Assembly (NCBI GenBank): GCA_963677595.1
Contig: OY782041.1
Span: forward strand, 3,232,001 to 3,296,000
Origin: Spirochaetia bacterium
GTDB taxonomy: Bacteria > Spirochaetota > Spirochaetia > CAKZLE01
Reading direction: 5' to 3'
Length of the DNA stretch: 64,000 nt
How positions within the stretch are numbered: the stretch's first letter is position 1; the number at the start of each line of letters is the position of its first letter. The notes beneath the pieces were generated by a model. The model saw only the letters and a program-made list of their open reading frames with translations. It searched no databases and was not told the DNA's origin. The position numbers and the translations under genes are program-made. Positions 1 to 8,200 of the stretch are shown one piece after another.

Positions 1-978
1 ATCACTATGTGCAAGCACAGCCACATTGTTCTTGCCTAATGCCAGTTCAACACTGAATGTCTCATTGCTTGAATCAGCATCAGAAACTTTATTTCCGTTT
101 ATATACCATTTGTATATATAGGGGGAACTGTCTGTACCGACGACTTCAGCATTCAGGGTAACTGTCTCATCTTCTATTATTTCCAGTTTATCGGCTGTTA
201 GAGTAACCTCAAAAGGACGATTCTGGTCTCCAGAGATTGATACGACAAGATCTCCTTCAAGATAGTTAAGGAAGTCATCATCATCTAGCGTAACAACTCC
301 TGTAGTCTGCTGCTCTGCTACAATGTAAACTGACTCCATTGTCCCCCAGATCTGATCAGTACCATCATACATCTTTGCAATCAATGTATAATATCCCTGT
401 TCTAAAAGCAGGCTGGAAGTTGCTGTACCATTTACTTCATCGATCACTCCTTCGAATGATACTGAGTTCCCGGCACTATCTGTCAAAGTAGCAGTGAAAT
501 GTGGTTCTGTTACAAATTCAACAGGCCAGCTAAGTGAAAGATTTAATTCTCCTTGTCCTGATAGGGGAGCCATGGAGATAGATGTCTCAGTAGTTTGACC
601 CCCTGTTATCATAACCGTATCTGTTCCGGTAGTTAACACTTCACCTATATCATTAAGTCCATTGACCTTTAACAGCCAATAACCTTGTGGGATGCCCGGG
701 ATGGAAACAATTTCACCCGGTTCTCCTGTATACGGCCCCAATGCTCCATAGTCATTTGAAGATAATGAAATTTCATAACGATCAATGATTAGAGAGATAT
801 CAGGTTTAAGCAGTTTTTCAGTATATTTTCCTGTAGGGAGTGTGATTTCTAGTTTTCCAGAATCTTGACTTAATAGGGTTTGTACCAAGTCACAACCTGA
901 AAGAAAAACAATTGTGCATACTAGAAGAAAAAAGACTTTGAATACGTCATGAGGAGAAGAATTGGTTTTTTTTAACAT
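1..978 (-). CDS. Surface lipoprotein with Ig/PKD-like modules, truncated by the window start; paralog of 11203..13008
   Basis: Not in the ORF track. Manual translation from ATG 978 gives MLKKTNSSPHDVFKVFFLLVCTIVFLSGCDLVQTLL..., with an LSGC lipobox and GGAG RBS, open to position 1. Shares PDIS-x-x-ID-x-YEIS, GQG-x-x-x-L-x-LSW and Y-x-WY-x-NG motifs with 11203..13008. Confidence 0.8.
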   Translation of the reverse strand, partial: MLKKTNSSPHDVFKVFFLLVCTIVFLSGCDLVQTLLSQDSGKLEITLPTGKYTEKLLKPDISLIIDRYEISLSSNDYGALGPYTGEPGEIVSIPGIPQGYWLLKVNGLNDIGEVLTTGTDTVMITGGQTTETSISMAPLSGQGELNLSLSWPVEFVTEPHFTATLTDSAGNSVSFEGVIDEVNGTATSSLLLEQGYYTLIAKMYDGTDQIWGTMESVYIVAEQQTTGVVTLDDDDFLNYLEGDLVVSISGDQNRPFEVTLTADKLEIIEDETVTLNAEVVGTDSSPYIYKWYINGNKVSDADSSNETFSVELALGKNNVAVLAHSD

Positions 979-1176
979 TACTGAACACACTCCAACTTTT
1001 TTATAATAATCAGAGAAACTCTCCAATATATAGTATTTTAATTGATTTTGCTGAATGTGATTATTAGGGTATGTTTTTTATTTACTAGTAATAGGATTAG
1101 TTCTGGGTAGTCCTTGACTTATTGTTATTCTGCTCATGGTGATGGTTTTGATGATTAGTAGAGCCAGAGGGATTTA

Positions 1177-1842
1177 TTAATACTCAAGCTCCAATTCTTT
1201 TCCTAACTCGAACAGATTTATCATTGATTTTATTTCTAGTTTTGCAAAAAGATTGGACTTATGAGCAGATACTGTTTTTGGACTGATACCTAGCAAATCA
1301 CTAATTTCATGAATACAAAGACCTCGCAGCATAGCAATCATTACCTGTTTTTCCCTTGATGATAATCTATTGTACTTTTCAAAACTTGGTGAAGAGGCTG
1401 ATTCCTTCGATTGAATTGAGTCAATGATCAGCGGGGAAAAGACTTCACAATAGTACTTCTTTCCTTTAGAGACTTTTTGAATTGCTTTTCTCAGGATTTC
1501 AACAGAGTTCTGCATTGATACAATACCCAAGACCCCAAAATCAAGAGAAGCCCGGATGAAATGATCTGATAAACTCTCTGAAAGAATTATGATCTTTGTT
1601 TTCTTGTTTTGAATAGATAATTCTTCAAAAAAAGTAATCACATCTATATCGACAAATTTCCCACTGATAATAATAATATCTGGGTTCAATGAGATGTTAT
1701 ATTTCAGACCGTCAAATCCGCTTTGTGTTGATTTAATGACATTAAACTCTTCATAGCTGTTTACCAGTAAGGTAAAAGCATCAAGGAACATATTGTTTTG
1801 ATCAATGAGTAAAATACTAGTGATCTGAATATGCTTAGGCAT
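1177..1842 (-). CDS. NarL/LuxR-family response regulator with atypical receiver
   Basis: C-terminal LuxR HTH (LSSREKQV...ISPKTVSAHKSNLFAKL) and N-terminal REC-like domain. ATG 1842 follows GGGAGGG. Confidence 0.85.
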   Translation of the reverse strand: MPKHIQITSILLIDQNNMFLDAFTLLVNSYEEFNVIKSTQSGFDGLKYNISLNPDIIIISGKFVDIDVITFFEELSIQNKKTKIIILSESLSDHFIRASLDFGVLGIVSMQNSVEILRKAIQKVSKGKKYYCEVFSPLIIDSIQSKESASSPSFEKYNRLSSREKQVMIAMLRGLCIHEISDLLGISPKTVSAHKSNLFAKLEIKSMINLFELGKELELEY

Positions 1843-2068
1843 ACATTCCCTCCCGATTGTATACCCATTACTCACCAATTAGTATAATACTTATCTTTTG
1901 CTCAGGATTTAGGATTAGGTTTAACTGTAGATAGGGAAATGTTTAAATACATGTAAGTTAGGTTGGATTCATGAGTCCTGCCTCAAATAACAAACGTGAT
2001 AACTTATCAGATTATACAATCAACCTATAAGACAATTCTATAAGTGCTTAAAACGGTCTCTTCAGAGG

Positions 2069-2133
2069 TTAGGGTTCCCCTAAGTAATATTAAGTGAATC
2101 CTGAGAAATATCAGGTCAACCCTTAACTATAAT
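2069..2133 (+). promoter_or_regulatory. Three 15-bp imperfect palindromes at 21-bp spacing followed by a TATAAT -10 box
   Basis: TTAGGGTTCCCCTAA (2069), TTAAGTGAATCCTGA (2090), TCAGGTCAACCCTTA (2111); TATAAT at 2128-2133. Confidence 0.55.
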
Positions 2134-2151
2134 GGAACAATATATAAAAGT

Positions 2152-2160
2152 GGGGGGGGG
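2152..2160 (+). repeat. G9 homopolymer at the RBS position of 2164..2847
   Basis: Nine G's ending 3 nt before ATG 2164, in an AT-rich region. Confidence 0.7.
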
Positions 2161-2163
2161 AAT

Positions 2164-2847
2164 ATGAAAAAGTATACTCTAGTTGTTCTATGTTTGTTTG
2201 CGCTTCTTGGCGTTCTTATCTCTTGTGCGACTACTGATGACCTTGGTATCGTAGGTAAGCTTCCGAGAAAATGGTGGGAAAAGTCGAGAGGAGAATTGCA
2301 GAATTATTTTCGGGCTGAGAGTGAAGGAGCTGTGAGTGAAGCTGTCATATTTATTGGGAAAAGTGCTTCTCCATTAAATATCACGGAAACAATAGCATTG
2401 GATCAAGCTCGGCTTGATGCCCAGATACAATTATCTAGATATCTGTCACAGAAAGTAACTGGGGTGATGCAGGCAGAAACATATATCGACCAGATAGAGT
2501 CCTATTATTCCGCTGGGGATCTAACTGATGCTGAGCGAGAAGAATTGATAAAAAGAGTGAAGTATGCTTTCAGTAATTTTGCATCGAGTGTCACAGCGAC
2601 ACAATTCTCATCATTCATACAAGAGGATTCTTATACTGAGGAAGATAAGAACGGAACCTATATAGGATATACGTGTTATTCGATGTCAGATCAGGTTCTC
2701 GAAGAGACAAGGAAACTGCAGGAAAAAGCATTCCAGACGTTAATGGGGGAGACTGAAGAATATCAGGAGATCATGTCCAGGATCCAGGAGATCATTGCCA
2801 AGGAACTGGAAGAATCAATCATGTCAGGTATTCAGGAAAACCTATAA
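2164..2847 (+). CDS. Lipoprotein, LPP20-like
   Basis: Lipobox LISC; 'ALDQARLDAQIQLSRYLSQKV' resembles the LPP20-type helix. Confidence 0.65.
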   Translation: MKKYTLVVLCLFALLGVLISCATTDDLGIVGKLPRKWWEKSRGELQNYFRAESEGAVSEAVIFIGKSASPLNITETIALDQARLDAQIQLSRYLSQKVTGVMQAETYIDQIESYYSAGDLTDAEREELIKRVKYAFSNFASSVTATQFSSFIQEDSYTEEDKNGTYIGYTCYSMSDQVLEETRKLQEKAFQTLMGETEEYQEIMSRIQEIIAKELEESIMSGIQENL

Positions 2848-2861
2848 GAAAGAGTTCAACG

Positions 2862-4220
2862 ATGCGAAAAACCCTGTTTGTTCTCATAATTCTTGTACAG
2901 ATTTTGCTGTATGGATGTAATACATCACAGCTTATGAGTCCTGACCCTCCAATTTGGGTCAGGACAAATACATCAGATACTATTGTTGGAGGACCGGCAG
3001 AAACACTTGAAGGAGCTAAAGAACTGGTGCTCAAGGAAGTTGCTGCATTGGTGGATACCAGAATTCAGAGTGTGAGTTCATCCTATTATGCAATAACGCA
3101 AGAGCAAATGAAACAGGCGTTCTATGAGGAGTTCCAGTCCTCTATTGCAAATCAGAATACCGCTGTAGTTTCAGGTATCCATTTTACTGATCGGTGGTTA
3201 GACGCTGAGACCCAGAAGTGGTGGGTCAGGGCTTCGATCAGTGAGATAGATCTGGATAAAGCAATAAATGATACTGCAAAATACTTGATTGAACAAAAAC
3301 AGAAGACTAAAGAAATTGCTAATCAACTAGTAAATATTCTCCACCCCTTCATCTTCGATGATGTAAGGACAGTCAAAGAGGGCTTGAGCATTCTTTCGCA
3401 GGCATTCCGGTTTTTCGAATCTTCAGGAGTCTGGTCTATGATCGGGTATGTCGATAACAATGCGATTGACCTTCGCGAATATCTTATTAATGAAACAAAC
3501 TCTCTGCTTATGGAAATTCATGGTGTACTTCAAGACCCATATGTTTATGATCTGGATGGACGTCCATTTGAGCCAAAGATCGTCATTGAAACCATATCTG
3601 ATAGGATTCGCCCGGGGATCCTCCCGTGGGTATTCTCAGTAGATGATCAGACGGTAGCAGTTGAGAATGATATTGACGGTGATTGTATTTTCTCAAATCC
3701 TCTTACTGGATTATCAACTGGGCATAAAGAGGGCAAGCTACTCCTAGATATAGATAGATTGGGATTATCAAGATATTTCGAAAAATACCAAATACAAACT
3801 CCATATTTCATCACGCCATTCGAGGTGAGAGAGCAGACTATTCAAATCGAGATTCTTACAAATGATGATTTCGAAACAATAATAACAGATGAAGTGTTCA
3901 ATATTTGCCAAGATAATATTCAATACCCGATCTCTTCTCATGGTTCACGTGACCTTCCCAAGGTCGTTTTTGAACTCAGATTCGAAGATGGTCTGCCAAA
4001 TGAGTTCAATTTGTACTTTACATACGTAACCCCATATATATCAATGGTATATCCTGATGGAACCCAAGCATTCATGAAGAAGATGAGCACATCAGAAGGG
4101 GCAGGGTTGACCCTGGAATCATCACATAAGCAAGCCTTTCACAATGCGATCATAGCTATGAATAACAACTCGGGTATCTTCAGAGATATAAATAAGAACA
4201 TAAAAAGTTATGGATTATAG
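2862..4220 (+). CDS. LPP20-family lipoprotein
   Basis: Lipobox LYGC, P-x-WV motif, 'AKELVLKEVAALVDTRIQS'; 14 bp after the previous gene. Confidence 0.65.
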   Translation: MRKTLFVLIILVQILLYGCNTSQLMSPDPPIWVRTNTSDTIVGGPAETLEGAKELVLKEVAALVDTRIQSVSSSYYAITQEQMKQAFYEEFQSSIANQNTAVVSGIHFTDRWLDAETQKWWVRASISEIDLDKAINDTAKYLIEQKQKTKEIANQLVNILHPFIFDDVRTVKEGLSILSQAFRFFESSGVWSMIGYVDNNAIDLREYLINETNSLLMEIHGVLQDPYVYDLDGRPFEPKIVIETISDRIRPGILPWVFSVDDQTVAVENDIDGDCIFSNPLTGLSTGHKEGKLLLDIDRLGLSRYFEKYQIQTPYFITPFEVREQTIQIEILTNDDFETIITDEVFNICQDNIQYPISSHGSRDLPKVVFELRFEDGLPNEFNLYFTYVTPYISMVYPDGTQAFMKKMSTSEGAGLTLESSHKQAFHNAIIAMNNNSGIFRDINKNIKSYGL

Positions 4221-4226
4221 GTTGAG

Positions 4227-5099
4227 GTGAATATGGGATTCAGATCAGGATGCAAGAAGTATATAGTTACTATTCTAACTATCATCATTTGTTCAACTTT
4301 ACTCTTTGCTGAAGAAAACTCTATTTCGATTCTTCCTTTCGTAGCTGAGGATGGTGTCAGTGAGTCTGATGCAGAAGTTTTTTATAATGTTTTTATCTCC
4401 AATCTGAATCTTGAGAATTTCAATGTGCTCGAGAAAACGATGCTTGAAAAAGTCATGGGGGAAAAAGCGTTCTCCCTGAATGACTTTGTGGAAGGAGGCC
4501 AATATAAGGATTTGGATAAGATCATATCAACGGAGAAACTTGTCTTTGGTGTCATAACGAGATTTGATAATGAGTTTATAGCAGTCGTGAAATTGATCAA
4601 TGTTTCATCTGGTACAACAGAAAAATCTTTATATGCTGAGGGAAAAAGTAAATCCGAACTGAAAACCAAGATGCCGGCTCTAGCTACTCAGATATTCTCA
4701 ACAGGATTTAATTCTTCTGAGAATCAAATGAAAGATTCTATTGATTTGAAGAAGAGTATCAGCCCGAAGAATATGGTTGATATCTCAGTCTTGGGCCTTC
4801 TGGCAGATAATGATATATATGCAGCAGGATTATCAATAGGCTACATACCCCTTAGATGGTCTGTCTTGAATTTTGGATTGTGGGGTGGGGCAATGATCAA
4901 AAGGGATGCATCAGTTTATCCACAAGGAGGGGTACGAGTCTTACTAGGCAAGCCTGATTCAATCACACTCACCGTAGATTTAGGCTATTTCCCATCTGTG
5001 GGTTTAAATTTCAAGCATCTCCATGTATCAGTAATGCCAATGAGCTATATCGGGTATGATTGTCTGGGTGTCACGTTTGGATACTATCTTACATTTTAG
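4227..5099 (+). CDS. Secreted protein with CsgG/TolB-N-like N-terminal domain and beta-rich C-terminus
   Basis: Signal peptide; 'ISILPF...FNVLEKTMLEKVMGE...LVFGVITRF...KLINVSSG' pattern; terminal aromatic 'GYYLTF'. Confidence 0.6.
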   Translation: MNMGFRSGCKKYIVTILTIIICSTLLFAEENSISILPFVAEDGVSESDAEVFYNVFISNLNLENFNVLEKTMLEKVMGEKAFSLNDFVEGGQYKDLDKIISTEKLVFGVITRFDNEFIAVVKLINVSSGTTEKSLYAEGKSKSELKTKMPALATQIFSTGFNSSENQMKDSIDLKKSISPKNMVDISVLGLLADNDIYAAGLSIGYIPLRWSVLNFGLWGGAMIKRDASVYPQGGVRVLLGKPDSITLTVDLGYFPSVGLNFKHLHVSVMPMSYIGYDCLGVTFGYYLTF

Positions 5100-5299
5100 G
5101 AGCGTCTTATGAAAGAGGAAAAACAATTCTTTCTCTACATCTTCATAGTGAAGGTTTATCATAATATGCCCTTCTCAGAAACTCTCTATAAATGAAGCTA
5201 TAAAACTATATTTTGGGGTGAATTTGATTAGCGGATGTAGTTCACAGATTGTGTATCTGGAATTTGGGATTATTGACAAAATCAAAGTTAAGGACTTGT

Positions 5300-8200
5300 A
5301 TGAAAAAAAAACAATACATATTTACTATTCTTTTTTTACTGTCGATTCTAGTAGGATGTACCTGGTTTTTCAATGAACTGCCTGTCGCAGATGCTGGTGA
5401 GTTTCAAATAGTTACTGTTGGCGATGTTGTCCTCCTGAACGGAAGCGGATCAAGTTCTTATTGGGACAAGAGTGTGGATTATTCATGGGATATACTCTAT
5501 GGACCAATTGGGTATGATCTAGAAGAGCTAGTTATTTCTAATAGTACATCGCCCTCTGCCTCTTTTATTGTACCGGAAGCTGGTGATTATTATATACAGC
5601 TTACGGTTGAAGATAGTCGGGGAGTGTCATCTGATGAAGTGATTATTAGAGCGTACGATACCCCTGTATTACCTGAATCAATTAACTTTTATGATATCAC
5701 AGAATCTACAATATCTGTTAGCTGGTCAGAAGTCAAAGGGGCTTCTGAATACAGTCTATACCGAGCGGATTCTGATCTGACTCAATTTTCCGATGATGAT
5801 CTGATTTATCGGGGAAAAGGTCTTTCCTATACTGATTGTGGTTTGCAACAGGATCAAACCTATTATTATAAAATGCAGCTCCAGAATCCTATTGGGATAA
5901 CAAGTTTGGCAGACTGTCAAGTTATGCCAGCGGCAACTCTTTTACTGCCACCTGATAAGCCTGAGAATGTACTCATTCAAGGTGATTCATCTACTAGCTT
6001 ACGCATCAGTTGGGATACCGTTGAGTATGCAACGTCATATAAAGTGTATAGGGATACCGATGTTGCTGGACTCTTTACTGATCTTATATTTGATGATTCA
6101 GAAACAAGTTGTGTGGATACAGGTCTTCAGGAACAGACCACCTACTATTATAAAATCAAAGCTTTGAACAGGGTCGGTGAGAGCCCCTTCAGCAGCATGG
6201 TTTCGGGTACCCCGTTTTTTCAGTTAACTACCCCTCCTTCGAACTTCCGGATAATTGATATCGGTTTCAGTTCTATAGATTTATCTTGGGATGCTGTTGC
6301 TAATGCCAATGAATATAAATTGATGCGATCGGAGAACGGTATTACCTTCTCAATCTGCTATTCTGGTTCTGGAACCACATTCAAGGATACTGGGTTAGAA
6401 TCGGGGACAACATATTATTATAAAGTTTATGCGCAGAACAATTATTCAACTAGTGAAACCTCCTCTGAGATTTCTACATCAACAAAAATCATGCCTGAAA
6501 GTACTGGGGATGCGTGGATTAGGGGAGGACAGGATTATCTTTGCACATTCCATTTAGAAGAGGGCAGTAAAGTTCAGACTTCCTCATCATTAATAACTTC
6601 TGAGCTTATGACAATAGCCAATACCAACATTCTTGCTGGAGATATTGATGGAGATGATGATCAGGAAATCGTGTATGCTGCTGATGGGAAAGTATATATC
6701 TATGACCCCTCAGGCGTCTTGGAGAGATTATTCTCCATCCCGGTTTCAGAGCCTTTTATTTCACTATTAGCTGATATCGATGATGATGGAGTACTTGATA
6801 TCGGGATTGGGTCAAGTAATGCAGATCCTATGAAGGCTTATTTCTACTCTGGATCTGGAATACAGATGAAAGAGTTCACGAATACTCACAGGGGAACTGG
6901 TGATGGAGTATTGATATTTCCCACCGCTGTCTACAATGGATCAGTATTAATGGGATTAGCCGCTGGTTCTCCCCGTATTCCTAGAGGGCTATCAAGTTTT
7001 GATCTGATTTCGGAAGTGGAGAACTGGTACTATCAGGTGGGGCCGGCAACCTGGACTGAGATATCTATCGCTGATTTTGATGCGGATGAGAATCTGGAGT
7101 TTATACTCGGTTCGATAACAACTCACAATGGGGCTTCTGGGAATGGGACTACTGATGATGATAATTACATCATGATCGTTGATGAAGATGGGAATAATGA
7201 TCTTACACAGATGCATGATGCAAATTCAAATGGCTTTGTAAAACAAGTCTTTACTGACTTGGATCATGATCAACAATATGAAATACTCGCATTCAGGAAT
7301 TATGATTCATCCAGCTATTTTGGGGATACAAGGATCCAAAAATTCAATACTTCCGGGACTCTTATTGATGAGTTTGATAGTGGCCTTGACAATAAAGAAT
7401 GGACATTCTCGATTGTAAATATAGTTGGTGACAATGATGATGAGATTGTTGGTATGTGTGAAACTGCAATCTTCATACTGGATAGTAATCTGAATCTATT
7501 ACTTCAGAAGAGTTTCTATGGCCTTCTACAGTGTACTGCTGACTTGAACGGAGATGGGAATATTGAAGTCGTTATCTATAACGATTCAACTGGTATTTTG
7601 TCTGTACTCAATGACGAGTTAATTCTAATCGACAGTCTTGATATTGGCCGTAAGAGTAACGGAAAAGTGATAGCAGCCGATATTGATAATGATGCTGTTG
7701 TGGAATTAATATCCAGCACTGATAAATTACGTATAGTAGAATTCAATAGAATCCCGGATACTCCAGAGGGTGTGAGAATTGTTTTTCAAAATGAAGGTTC
7801 AGTGACCATCGCTTGTGATGAACAAGATATTGCTGACACATATAGTTTCTATAAAAGTGTTTCTGTATCAGGTCCATTCTCTACACTTGTTTATTCAGGA
7901 GACCAATGGCAGTGCTCAGAAACAAACTTAGACCCGGGAACAGTGATTTATTATGCAGCCCAGGCCTCAAACAGCTATGGATCCAGTGATTTGTCAAGTC
8001 CCATTCAGGTTTTAATAGACTTGCTAGCTCCTAGTAACTTACAGATAATAGAGATTGATTCTGAATCAGTTTCCCTTGAATGGGATACAAGTATAAATGC
8101 TACTGGTTATAGATTATATCGTTCGCAAGATGGCGGCGACTTTGCGGTATGTTATGATGGTGGGCAATCGTGGTATGTAGACAATGCTGTATCAGCCGGA

